The notes under the pieces are model-generated. The model was not told the origin of the DNA, did not search any database, and saw only the letters and a program-made list of their open reading frames with translations. A stretch of 62,069 nt of DNA, the filler included, from Choristocarpus tenellus KU-1152 (Eukaryota > Protista > Phaeophyceae): the NCBI GenBank assembly GCA_964200185.2. It is 11 parts of 11 records of this genome, joined end to end, with 100 filler letters (N's around TTAATTAATTAA, not from the genome) between each part and the next. Parts side by side here need not be neighbours in the genome. Positions count along the whole stretch, not along the records: positions 1 to 16,191 come from CAXNAD020000864.1; positions 16,292 to 18,862 come from CAXNAD020026670.1; positions 18,963 to 24,939 come from CAXNAD020009264.1; 8 more parts are not named here. One strand, given 5' to 3'. Both the position numbers and the translations under genes were made by a program. The first letter of the stretch is position 1, and each line of letters begins with the position of its first letter. Shown here piece after piece: positions 12,830 to 24,572 of the stretch.

Positions 12830-13090
12830 CAGCCACCTCTACGATGATACCAGTCTTGATTTTTTTGAAAGGATTGCCCAACGAGTTAAACGACGATCAG
12901 CATATTGAATGAAAGCTCTTGATCTAAGCTATTGGTTTCCGGAAACCAACTCGTTCGGAATTTCCTTTTGCGTAAATTGATAGCCTAGATCCAGAGTTTT
13001 CATTTGATATGCTGATCGTTGATTAAATCGTTGGGTAACCTTTTCAAAAAAATCAAGATTGGTCACCGTCATAACGGTACATGGGCTAAC
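12830..13090. repeat. Long imperfect inverted repeat (foldback/MITE-like)
   Basis: Left arm ACCAGTCTTGATTTTTTTGAAAGGATTGCCCAACGAG...GATCAGCATATTGAATGAAAGCTCTTGATCTAAGCTAT is the reverse complement of about 12978-13065. Confidence 0.85.
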
Positions 13091-13109
13091 CTCGGCTTAC
13101 ACTTTTTAA

Positions 13110-13470
13110 GCCACTCACAGGACACGATTCTGTTTGAGAGTCATGGAGGACTCTGCTTGATACTTCTAAAGTACCACTGCGGATTTGAACCCGACAGATA
13201 GAGATAGTGTGGGGGCAGGCGAAGCACAATGTACGAGGACACTGTGACTACATGTTGCCTGGAATGAGAGCCAACATTCATCCCAATCTTAAGAAGGAAG
13301 GGGGGCTGTCCAGAGTAATTGTGGAGAGATTCTTCAGGTTGAGTATTGCTTACCATGTGATATATTCCAACGAGAAAGGCATGGAGTACACCAAATTGGA
13401 CAGGGTTGACAAGACAATGAAGTCTTACAACAACAGGAGGCCTGCACCTTCAGAATACCTCATTTGACTT
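13110..13470 (+). mobile_element. IS630-Tc1-mariner (DDE_3-type) transposase, C-terminal pseudogene fragment
   Basis: HGGLCLILLKYHCG + WGQAKHNVRGHCDY...RFFR...Y...KSY matches the GHxCxFLPKFHCELNPIExxWGxAKxxxRxxCDY motif, with a frameshift. Confidence 0.65.
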
Positions 13471-14039
13471 GGCATGGATTGTCTGGTTCAGAGGCCTGGG
13501 CCCCCATGAGTGAGCCTTAGCCAGCAGGTGACGACATCGCATAAACGGGAAATGATGAAAAGAGAATAGAGAGACAACAACGCCCATGTTACCTGGGTGA
13601 AGATGACCTCTTAAGGCGTCAACATCTTCCTTAAATGCGCGGTTCGCAAGCGCCGCATAGCACCTTCGAGCGAACCGTGCGCGTGGACTACCTGATTTAA
13701 GTATGGTCCTGTATTTCTCACGATTACTGCTGCAAGTTGACCAAGACATCAAATAAGATTAAGTATACTGATGCGATTACAACAAACGAATTTTCATGAA
13801 AAAAAATATTGTTCATCAAACGTTATACCATGACAAAGTTGATACAGGAGGTGACTGCCAACAGTGTGTCATTATGATCATCGCTATTTCATTACTATCC
13901 ATATATTTTGTTTGTGTTTGTGGTGAAATGATGTTTCTCTGTTGAGGGTTGTGTTCTTTTCGTTTCGTTTCGTTTCTTTCCTTTTCCTCTCTTTTTCGCT
14001 TTTTCTTTTCATGCGTTCACATCTATTGTAATATGTAAT

Positions 14040-16191
14040 CCCCTCCCATTATCAGACCGCACACACATGACCCGAGAGGGAGTACCATCAGCCCGGATAT
14101 TGGCCAGGTACTTCTTGAAGGCTTCGGCGGCATCCGACTTAGCACGAAGGAAATACAACCAAACAAAACGAGAATAATCGTCCCGAATTATCATGGTGTA
14201 TTGCTTACCACCAATTGAAAGGGTAGCCCTCTTCCCACTTAGGTCGACAAAAACCCGATCCAGCTTTCTTACTGCCCTTGTAGACGTGCTGGATCGAACG
14301 CCCTTCCGTATACCTTTGCTCATAGAGCAGCCCGCACATGGCTCCAGCTCACCCACCAATGTAATGCCCATTGAAGTGGCGGTGGACTTGAGCAATGCCT
14401 CGTGTGCGTGGCCATAAGAGCGGTGGAAGAGGTTAATGTCGACGTTGGTGTGGGGAGCGTGGGGTGCAAGCGAGGGGGCTATAGTGGCCTTTAAAGCAAG
14501 TTCAGCATTTCGATCTAGTCGCGGCAATATGGGTTGACCATGGAGGGTGTAGTGGAAACCAGGATCTCGTTTGAAGTTAAGCACTCCATCTAATAGCGAG
14601 AATGTACTGACTGTGAAAATGCCTTCTGCACCCTTGTCAGCTGCTGCTTGGCAAGAGAAAAGGTTGAATCCTAGATCAGGGACATGGGCGACATTCTGAA
14701 GGAGTATTTCTACCTCCTTGTTGTCACGTGACGGAAACAAGATGGTTAGATCACCATGACCAGCGATGCTAAAGGAATTTTGGCTGACAGTGACTACCCT
14801 TTGGTCTCCAATTAAAGGCTAATAATTTGTCATGGATTTTACCATATTTGTTATGTGACATGAAACCGCACTGTCCAAAATCCATTCTTCTCTCTCGCGG
14901 CCAACCCCAACACTTGACACCAAACACTCTTTTTCCCCACACGTTCCTGGAGCATTGCTGCTAAGAGAGACCTCAGTGGCGACCAGTAGTGCATATCACT
15001 CGTCGCCGCAGCTGGTGATACTATTCACAGTAATGTGGGAAGGATTCGCCTCGGTCTTGATCTCTTCCTTCCCAGAGTCCACCGTAGTCAAGAACACCGA
15101 AGTGCATGTTGTTGCATCATGGGCAAGTCCACAACATTTGGTGCAAATGCGGTTTGGGCAAGATGGCTTCTCAAGTCCATGCTTACCGCATCTCTCACAA
15201 GGAATCTTCTCGGAACGTTTTTGGTTGGAATTAGAACCGTGTTTCTTTCTTCCACCATTAAATTTACATTCAGCCCAGCGACCTTGGCCGTTGCGATGAG
15301 ACTGACTCTTCCCTTGCGATGAGCTGTTAATAACCAAGCACGGCTGTTCTTGTGTCTCGAGTCCTTGCCCTGATGAAGGGAAGCATATCGCTCTCTAGCA
15401 GTTTTCTCTATGTCTGATTGACATAGTGTTCTCTGCGAGGCCATCATGCGTACCTCGGTATCGTAATCTGATCCGAGAGCACTCAAGAACTGTAGGAGTA
15501 GCAGCTTGTCTGAGATCACCAGGTCCATTGATTGCATCCTCCCTCGAAGCTCTTCCAGGTGGTTTAAGGTGAGGATCGGATTCACCCCTTTCTCCACCTT
15601 TGAGGTGAAAAACTCACGGAACAAATGTTGGCTATTACTCACTGTATTAGGCATGAACCAATCGTCTATTGCTCGGAAAAGCTCGCTCGGGCTTTGGTGC
15701 GTATAGCACAGTGCCCTGGTGGTGGGTGCAACGAGAGCAATAGTAAGTGCATGGTAGGCCTCTTCGGCCATCCAGATATCGTTCGCACTGAAGCCGTCTG
15801 AGAGAAGTTCCTCGTAGGAGCGTTCTTGATTGACTGGTCTTTGACTTGTCAACGCATCCAAACAGTGAGCATATTGGCAATGCACGATGAAACGCCTCCG
15901 CCAGTCCCGGTTGTCGGAGTCGTCCAATAATTTAGGTGGTTGGTTCTCGATCTCTTCGTCGTAGGGTGAACAATATGTGCGCCTGTCCCCAAGCTTTCCG
16001 AAGGGTGAACAATATGTGCGCCTGTCCCCAAGCTTTCCGAAGAACCGGACCTCCGACTTGCTCCACTTCTGATGCTCGCAGCATCCAAACTGTTTCCCCT
16101 CTCTGGGAAATTTGCCCTCAACATGGGTTCCATAGGACCCACTTCGACTGGTACGCCCCCAGCCGGAGGCCGTGTGCTGGGCACAGCGGCC
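14040..16191 (-). mobile_element. Ty1/copia retrotransposon, 5' part (gag, Zn knuckles, protease, GAG-pre-integrase, start of integrase), degenerate
   Basis: UBN2-like gag 15088-15927; CxxC knuckles (CERCGKHG, CTKCCGLAHDATTC); protease WILDS near 14880; NLFS, HRSYGH...CAGC, VFVDLSG, IRDDYSRF and VRSDNG in 14009-14740. Frameshifted and truncated. A 39-bp tandem duplication sits at 15963-16040. Confidence 0.93.
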
Positions 16192-16291
16192 NNNNNNNNN
16201 NNNNNNNNNNNNNNNNNNNNNNNNNNNNNNNNNNNTTAATTAATTAANNNNNNNNNNNNNNNNNNNNNNNNNNNNNNNNNNNNNNNNNNNN
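16192..16291. other. Artificial contig-joining spacer (first of 10)
   Basis: N44-TTAATTAATTAA-N44, with stops in all six frames. Identical spacers at 18863-18962, 24940-25039, 32059-32158, 35126-35225, 39054-39153, 42161-42260, 48929-49028, 52742-52841 and 58825-58924. Confidence 0.98.
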
Positions 16292-16528
16292 TGTGCCCAC
16301 ATCTTCAAAGAAACCGTCCGTGTTCACCTGCTCGAAATACCCCTGCCCCCCACCCCCCCACCCCCCCACCCCACCCTGCCAAGTATACAAGTCTCCAAAA
16401 ACCTCTATACAGAAAATACGGCCAATCACCTGAAAGTGGTTGAAACAATAAGAGGGTTAATTATGATGATTTACGATGTTTTTATTTTTGTTTTCTAGTG
16501 CAGGCAAGCACTGAACAGCTTGTAGTCA

Positions 16529-16654
16529 TCACTTAATGTAATATTGATATTTTTCACTTAATGTAATATTGATATTTTTTCACTTAATGTAATATTGATA
16601 TTTTTTCACTTAATGTAATGTTGATATTTTTCACTTAATGTAATATTGATATTT
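16529..16654. repeat. AT-rich minisatellite, 5 copies of about 26 bp
   Basis: TCACTTAATGTAATATTGATATTTT(T) repeated with a variable T-run. Confidence 0.95.
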
Positions 16655-16835
16655 GATACCGTGTTATGTTTCGTCCACACTTTCTCAAAAACTGGCACAG
16701 TATGGATTATACCACAGGTGATTGATCCTACGCTGTGTTAAGAAGAAGTGATGACCCCCGAATCCATGCACGGCTAACCCCTCCCAATCAAATCTGTGCC
16801 CTGCCCCATGCCCTCCGTCTGACTTCCTCAAACAG

Positions 16836-18804
16836 GCCAATGATGATGTCCCGGTGCCACCCCTGTTCCTTTCAGGGCCTTCCTCTTGTGGTAAGAGTGG
16901 GGTGATCAGGGATGTCTTGGAGAGTCGGGGTTGTCACTATGTCCACCTCAACTGCATGGAGATTACATCGAGAAGGGTTCTGTTCCAGGCCATTGTTGAG
17001 GGAGTTGCAGTCTCAAGGTTTGCTGACAATATTACTTGAAGGAGGGTCTTGGAGGGTTGGCTGGCTTGATTCGATTGGTTGATTCTCTATTTTTGAACTG
17101 TGATGCAAGTTGAAGAGATCCTCCTTTGCCTTCTAATGTTTGCTCCACTTCGCCGCACCTTCAGGGTTAGGGTTAGGGTTAGGGTTGGGGTTCGTTCGAG
17201 AGCATACTTGTGTGTGTGCTTGTGTATGCAGGGTTGGTGTGTTGTGGTTGGACTTAGGGTTAGGGTTCGATTTAATGTACGGTACTATTGTAGCCCAAAC
17301 TGCTGACCTCTGCAAAGAGTTGGATCACCAAGTTTGGACTTGCACCTCAAGCGAGGGACAAGGGGGAGGGTTTGATGGGACAGTAATTTTGCTGAGATTG
17401 TCTGTGACTAAAAGCCTCTGGGCTAGGCGAAGACACAGCAATGTGTTTCTGCGTATAGTTGAAGCCTGTTGGGGCACAGAATTGTGTCAGACTGTAAAAA
17501 GGAGAGAGGATTGTCAATTTGATACTCTCTTGCAGATTTTGTTCCTGGTTATCACTTGATTTACTTGATTCTCTTGATTGCATTGTTTTACACCCGCGCT
17601 AAGGGTTCCTTTTCAACTGTTAGAAACTGAATTGGCTAAGGTACGTGCCAAAAATCGGACACCTTTGAAGAGCAAATGCAGTCAAGTGATGTTCTGGAAA
17701 AAACATGCTACGGAGCAAGCAAGATGAGCATTTACTGAATAATGAACATACGTTTGTTCTGGACAGCGGATATTTTTAGTAGATGGGTAATAATATTGTG
17801 CTAGACAACGGTTGTTTGTTAGCAGAGGGTGAAAAATGTGACCCTGACACTGGACATTATGTTCAAGGCTTGGGCTAGACAATAGGTGTCATAGAGGAAA
17901 TGGACTCTGCCATTAAATGGGCAATGGATTAGGGATAGGGTTAGGGTTAGAGAGCAAACCCGCCTCAAAGTTGTAATCAATAATGTCTGTCATAGGCCGA
18001 GCATGGTGAACTCTCTGCGGTAACAATGGCATTGAGCGTTGAGACTTAGGCTGTCTGAGGTGAGGGGGGGAGTACTGCTGACTGTTGGGGCTGTCAGAGG
18101 AAGAAAGCTATTTGAGTTTAGAACACATTGATATAGGGTTAGGGTTAGGGTTGGAGTTCTTCTTCACCCCTTTGGACCACTACCCTAACCCTAACTCTCC
18201 CACCTGCCCTTTGGAAGAATGGTCAAATCACTAGAACACAACATGTTAAACAAATGTAGTTAGGGTTAGGGCTAACCCTAAGTCTAACCCTAAGTCTAAT
18301 CACTAGAACACAACGTGTTAAACAAATGTAGTTAGGGTCAGGGTTAACCCTAGCCCTGACCCTAACCCTAAGTCAAATCACCAGAACACAACGTGTAAAA
18401 CAAATGTACTGGTACCCTCTCTCTCATCTCTGTATTGATACATGTACTAAGTACTATATATAATGTGTACTATATATGTTGTGCTCTGTGCTATGCTAGA
18501 AGTAGAAGTGATGTGCTTCTTGTCTCTTTTTTTTCATACTTTTCATTTTTTCCCTCACCTTTTGTGTTTATTGATCTTTGCTTAGGGTTAGGGTTAGTGT
18601 TAGCTAACCCTTTCCGATCTTCTTTTAGTTTTCAAGACATATGTACCGATGAAGCTGTGCCTGCCATGTTTATTTTTATTTTTATACAGAGACGAGATCC
18701 TTGATGCAAATCGGGTGGAGAAGAGGTTCAATGCAGGGGGGCAGCTGACTATGCATTGTGCAAGGGAGGCAGATGGTTTGGAGGATGAGGATGCAAGGGA
18801 GGAG
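16836..18804 (+). CDS. ORC5: Origin recognition complex subunit 5 (partial, internal exons)
   Basis: Exon 16836-17017 encodes PPLFLSGPSSCGKSGVIRDVLE...YVHLNCMEITSRRVLFQAIV (AAA+ Walker A plus the ORC5-type NCxE...RxLFxxI segment). A phase-compatible exon follows at 18690-18804 with a GTGAGC donor. Confidence 0.75.
18226..18408. repeat. Tandem repeat of about 72-78 bp (2.5 copies) carrying opposed TTAGGG/CCCTAA units
   Basis: Unit AATCACTAGAACACAACATGTTAAACAAATGTAG-TTAGGGTTAGGG-CTAACCCTAAGTC..., inside the ORC5 intron. Confidence 0.9.
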
Positions 18805-19214
18805 GTGAGCTTGGTGGTCGGCCCAAATGCATCCACAGCTTGTTCTGCCTATCCTCTCACCCNNNNNNNNNNNNNNNNNNNNNNNNNNNNNNNNNNNNNN
18901 NNNNNNTTAATTAATTAANNNNNNNNNNNNNNNNNNNNNNNNNNNNNNNNNNNNNNNNNNNNCCACTCAACCTGAGATCCGCCACCGGAGGTATCCCTCA
19001 GATCCGTGTTTCCCTCCCTGTAACGGAATTGGATCTGACCAACTTCACACCGTGAACAGCACACTAACATTGGTAAGTTCAAATATTTTATTCTAATATT
19101 TCCTTTCATCATTGAGGATAAAGGGGAGCAAAGAATTGCGAAAACAAGATATAAATTTGAAATTCCCACCCAGATCACTTCAATCCCGTCTCTTGTCTCG
19201 CCCATCAATCGAAA

Positions 19215-19680
19215 GATGCCTGAAATTACCGAAAGAAAAGCTCGGACGTTTAGTAAAAGGAGGGCAGCAATTGTGGAACTCCTTCACAGTAGCCAAAAAG
19301 GGTCCTTGATCCAAGGCGAGATCCTGCCAGTCGAGAAGTTTAACATCGATAGGAAGACAATGGCGAAAATTTGAAAATCCCATGATGACCAAAAGGATGC
19401 TCGTGTTGTAGATCCCGAAATGAGGCTGTGGTGGAAGGGGAATTTGGGGGACAAGGGCTTCAGCATTGACGAGTTACAAGACTGGCGTGAAACCGACCCT
19501 GATACATAGTATTCATGAGTGAGCAGCGCCCCATGGCGTCGGAACTAGGTATCCCCCAGTCAATGCTGCATAACAACTAGAGAAACTTGGGTATAGGTCG
19601 TGCTCAACCACCTTATCCTGTTCCTTGCTGATGAGAGCAAATGAGACAGACTAAGATGCGCTGGGCACAGCTCCGCGGAG
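19215..19680 (+). mobile_element. Plant/oomycete-type (DD39D-like) mariner transposase, N-terminal HTH remnant
   Basis: RAAIVELLHSSQKGSLIQGEI...EKFNIDRKTMAKI...KGNLGDK...MASELGIPQSML matches the N-terminus of this mariner group. Contains stops and frameshifts. Confidence 0.55.
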
Positions 19681-21606
19681 CTACGGAGGGACTTGGACAC
19701 CCGGAGGAACACAGATTTTCACAATTGCAAACTTCTTCCTCACCTGACCTTTAAAATAGGGTACGAGCCACACCAAGTTACTAGGCACTTCCTATCCTCA
19801 ATTAGTATACCACCAGAACGACAGAATGACCTTTCAATGTGGGAATTTCAACCATTTTTCCAAATAATGTATCAAGGTTTGCTTATCAGAGGTGTAAGAC
19901 TGTGCGTTCAATATTATATCAAAAACGCAAATTTATGTAGGTGTCTATATAATCGCACAACACATGCAGGTGTACATATTTCGAACTAGTACAGCTAGAT
20001 TTATTGGGCATGTTCCTGGCATATGCGCACATGGATCTCTATTTTAAATGCCATGCCTGCCCAACCCACATACTAATCCTGACTGAGAAGGAGGATTCGT
20101 TCAAAAAGTACGTGTTCCCTCATACAACCAATTCATATGTTGTGATATGATAGAGCAATAACATATTGTGATGATCCTTCAGCTACTGCCTGTTGCTGTG
20201 TGATTGGTAGGCATTACATTGTTCCATTGATTTAGTGTTTGTGTGTACTTGTGGAGTTCCAAACAACATGAGGGGTATGAACTTACAATGGTATTAATAT
20301 TACAAGGAATAGGAAATATGTGTGTATACCTTGATATATTCTATAGTCTCGGTTGGCCTTCTTCCTTCAGAACAGCCTTGCTGAGTCACTTCCTATTGTA
20401 GGTTTGCGACGTTGGTCGTAGTTGTACCAGTTGGTTACTTGTTTGTTGATGTTCATGAACAAATGCCCTGCCACTGACCTTGGAGGGCGTCCACGAAACC
20501 GTTCGAAATATCCCGAATCGTGTTCTGTCTGTTCAACCCGACAAGGTGCATCTTCTTGGCATTCCTGTAGCCAAGATAGATGGGAAGAGGCGTTCCTGTG
20601 TTCATACCCTAAGACTGTTACAGGGAAAGGCTGGTACCAATGAGGGCATTTCTTGAGCGTCGAGATGGAGAACTCCGAGCATCTCGGCGTCTACATGAGG
20701 CGAAAGAATGGATCGACGGCCAGAGTGCCACCAAAATGGTCTACTGGGAGGTGATATGTTGATATTACAGATGAGCATTCCTAGCGGGTACTAGTACGAG
20801 TCAAGAACAACCTCTTCTATAAATGTGTCTGATCTTGAACCGACGACATCCATCTTCTCAGGACATGCGCGCTGCTGCAGCTCATCAAAGGGAGCAGGCT
20901 GCAATAATACTGCAGTCACTCTACCGAGGATGGCATGGCCGACTGATTGCGGCCGACAGGCATGCCTCTACACTTTGAGTATTGCTATACCTCACTAAAG
21001 ACCGAGATTTTTCAGCGTACTCCTGCGTGCCGAAGGGGTGGGGGTGCAAGGAGAGAGCACGAAGAAGCTTTCGTTCTACGGCTTGTTCCCCTATTGGAAA
21101 ACAGAAGCACGCTTCCAAAGGCTCTACGAACGGAAGATTTTTCATGATATTAACCTTTCTTTAAAGCCCCTGACCGGGTCATTCAACTGCATAATGTAAT
21201 CGGCAGAAAGTTATCCAAACCGATACTGGGACTCGATTGGACATCATATCTCACTTCTTTAGGTTGAGAATGTTTTCGCACGCAACGGAAGAACATACTT
21301 TCAGCTGTTGCCAGTCCGTTCAAAGTACTGCCCATTCCATACTCCAAGAGAGGAATCTTGGCTCCATTGCTCTGGGCACGATATGATATCTTTTTGCACA
21401 ACTTGAAGTTAATTTTAGGGTCATTCACTATTCTTTGGCGTACTCCAAAGTGCATGTCCCAACTCTTAAATCTGTAGCAGTGACTCATTCACAGAATAAA
21501 TGATACATGGGACAAGCAAATCCAGGGGGTTTAGCAAGTCATTAACCAACTCTGTGATAGAGCTACAAACTAAAAAAAAATGACTCAAGGATTGAATCTT
21601 GTCAGC

Positions 21607-21875
21607 GACCCATACTATCCCAAAGGGTGGTTCAGACATCCATCGGGGGCCTGTGTGACCCTGTAGTGATTTCCATGTCAGATGAGTAAATGTGTAGGTG
21701 CAAGGACAATCTCCTTCAACTGAACCCATCTTCCTTGTCTATTCCCTTTCCTGAACCAAATTCAGAGGAGCATCATTCACAAGACCGTTATCGGACTGGG
21801 GTATTTCATAGCACCTCATCAAGCCCTTAATGAACACCTGGGCTAAACATAACCCCCTTTAGGACAATATGACCC
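21607..21875 (-). mobile_element. MITE family D, copy 1
   Basis: TIRs GACCCATACTATCCCAAAGGG / CCCTTTAGGACAATATGACCC; flanks CAGC/CAGT. Reverse complement of 23093-23362. Confidence 0.8.
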
Positions 21876-21953
21876 CAGTCAGCCATGTACTCCCACAGCA
21901 ATTTCTTGCATTGGATTCACCAAGCTAGTCCCCACTATCCCTTTGTTCATCAG

Positions 21954-22920
21954 AGATGAGCACCACAATGACTCGAAACTCTATATCCAAAGCACAGCTG
22001 ACAAGCATCGCCATTCTTCTTTGTTCAGGGCAGACGAAAGGGATGCTGCCATTTGCATCCAACGCCATATTCGGGGTATCTTGGGGCGTCAGCATGCCAG
22101 AGAGGAAAGTTGGAGGCAGAATCAGGTGCGTCTATAACTGCCTAAACTCTTGAGTACAAGTGGGCATGAGGATAAGTGAAGCAATGTCTCTCCCGCCCAC
22201 AAGTCAGTACTTGCACTTCAACCTGTGTTCTTGATCCTAGTTAATGAATACAGATGTCTCTTTCTTGTCTCTGTCTTCATTTATTACTTCATAGCTTTTT
22301 TTGAGCTTGTTGTTGGACCTGCTCCAGTATGTTCTTGGAATTTTCCTAGTGCATTGATCAGAGTACTCTGGATGATGTCATGTGCTAATGAATTTTCTAC
22401 TCATAGTGTTGTGAGGGAGATTTAGAGGAGATAATGCTTAAACAATTGATTAGCACACCTTTGCATGGTCCAGGGTGTATCATGAGTTCTGGCGGCTCTT
22501 ACTGGATTGTTTGGCACATTGTGGACTCAAAGGTGTGCGTAGTTGAAGGGATATCCCAACATAATCCATATGATCTTAGAGAGTGTGTGTGTGTTTAGTT
22601 CGGGTTGTCCATTGGAGGCTTGATGGAGAGATGTGTCATACCCCAGTTTGATGCCCGTTTTAAGAGCGATTTCCTTTGGATTTGGTTCAGGGCAGGGGGT
22701 GTAAAAGTAAGATGCGTTCAGATGACGGAAATTGCCGTTACACCTGACACTTTCACTCAGATGACATGAGAATCACTACAGGTCCACACAGGCCCCGAAT
22801 GGACACCTGACCTCCCCCCCCCCCTCTAGGATACTACGGGCCAATCAGTAGTAACTATCTGAGTTAGTAGTTGGTTTCGGTTCTCCTATATACCAACATG
22901 GTTGGATGTTGTCTGAGACA

Positions 22921-22966
<46 letters not shown>

Positions 22967-23958
22967 TTACAGCATGAAGCAGAAATATCCCTGTATGAAA
23001 GGTGACAGCGGCGACATTGTGCTGTATTCATTCATCATGTCTCCACCACTACTTTGCTTGCAAAGTACCCCATATGACCTAGATTTTGACAAGGGTCATA
23101 GTATCCTAAAGGGAGTGATGTTTAGCCCAAGTTGTCCATTCGGGGCTTGATGAGGTGCTATGAAATACCCTAGTCCGATAACGGTCTTGTGAATGATGTT
23201 CCTTTGAATTTGGTTCAGGCGAGGGAATGGACAATGAAGGTGTGTTCAGTCGAAGGAGATTGTCCTTACACCTAGATATGTACTCATCTGACATGGAAAT
23301 CACTGCAGTGTCACACAGGCCCCCGATGGATGTCTGAACCACCCTTTAGGATGCTATGGGTCCACCACCTTCTTTGCTGGAAGTTATGAACAGTTGGTGA
23401 ACACAATGGGTTGCATAGTGCTCAAGGACTAAACAAATCGGGGGGTGAAACAAGAGCCCTCATTTCTATGAGACATCTCGTTAAATGATATTATTATGGA
23501 ATGGGAACTTTTGTTGTTCTTGGATGTCAACACATTATATTGCTGAGAGGCTGTAAAGTAGAGTACTGAGTACGGGTCAAACAATCAGAGCAGAGCAAAC
23601 TGTTTATGTTGGAGAGTGCCCATGGTTAAACCAAGAGGATTCACATGCCACCTCAGCACAATGAGATCGTTGCCCTTGTGGACAACTCGAGTCAGTGTGA
23701 ATTTCCACTACACCTCCTTCAAATGTTAACCTCCTCCAACACGGTCCATAAAACCTATCCCATGCTACCCACCTCTATCCAACCTCATACCACGAGCCAA
23801 CACACGCCATCTCAAACACGGTATAAACCAAATGAAAGGTTGTTCCTACGGCCTACTCCCTGAAGCGCCTTCTCCAGCGGAGTATTGTGGCGAAGATTGA
23901 AGGCGCATGGATCGAGTATTACGATCCAGATACGGCAGGGTTCTGGTACATGGAAAAG
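21954..23958 (+). CDS. IQ-motif and WW-domain protein (partial, internal exons)
   Basis: Exon 21954-22125 encodes the IQ motif AAICIQRHIRGILGR. Phase-0 exon 23878-23958 encodes the start of a WW domain (GAWIEYYDPDTAGFWYMEK). Splice sites are canonical AG/GT. Confidence 0.75.
22563..22842 (+). mobile_element. MITE family D, copy 2 (older, diverged)
   Basis: Colinear similarity to 23093-23362 (GTCCATT..GGCTTGATG, TTTGGTTCAGG, CACACAGGCCCC). Right TIR CCCTCTAGGATACTACGGGCC. Confidence 0.7.
22921..22967. repeat. Compound (TC)n(AC)n microsatellite
   Basis: Read directly from the sequence. Confidence 0.95.
23093..23362 (+). mobile_element. MITE family D, copy 3
   Basis: TIRs GGGTCATAGTATCCTAAAGGG / CCCTTTAGGATGCTATGGGTC. 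Confidence 0.8.
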
Positions 23959-24311
23959 GTGTGGGCCTCCACTGAGGCCAATGCTATTCCCCTCCTAATG
24001 TTGTGAGACAAGATTTTAGTTTTGGGAACGTAATTGACGTTTTTTCCCCCTCTCTTTGAAGGTAAACTCTAACGAGTCATTGAACCTCAACTACAGTACC
24101 TAGGACTTGTCCGTCTCCCTTCTTTTTGCTTTCTTCTTAGTAGTGTGCTGTTATGTTATTGTAGAGTTTCTTGGGGCGTAACCTACTAAGTATGTTGCTT
24201 TTCCTGGAGGTGATTCTTTTTCATATCTTCCACCCTGATTTTTCTTGCTTTTCTGTGCCCTTCTATACTCCGTGATCCCCACCTCCGCCTGCCATGTACA
24301 ACGCGGGTTGG

Positions 24312-24572
24312 GAGTGAAAGTATCTTAGATGGTACGAGTTTTGCCCTGTTTGTCCATTTAGGACTTGGCTTCCCATGGGATTTTAAAATTAACATTTTCC
24401 AAGTCCAAAATGTTTCGGAGTAGGTCAAATGTGTATGTTATGAAAAGGTGTGTCTGGAACAAGGATATTGACACTTCCTAACAAACACAACAGTCAAAAT
24501 TACATCAAAATCGCAACATTGGATTTTGGCCACCAAATGGACGCGGCCCAACCCTCTAAAATACTTTGGCTC
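24312..24572 (-). mobile_element. MITE family B (Sola2-like), TSD TTGG
   Basis: TIRs GAGTGAAAGTATCTTAGATGGTA / ACCCTCTAAAATACTTTGGCTC, with a perfect 4-bp TTGG on both flanks. Homologous to 25142-25405 and 43171-43428. Confidence 0.85.

Noticed and set aside
16192-16291. Recurrent TTAATTAATTAA palindrome flanked by Ns
   Set aside because: An identical 100-bp construct appears ten times. It is a concatenation linker, and ORFs running into it are artefacts.
16292-16352. Minus-strand exon-like piece GYFEQVNTDGFFEDVGT
   Set aside because: Only 17 codons at a contig edge, so no gene can be assigned.
17100-17559. ORFs containing RVRVRV, GLGLGL or NPNPNP runs
   Set aside because: These are translations of intronic TTAGGG arrays, not proteins.
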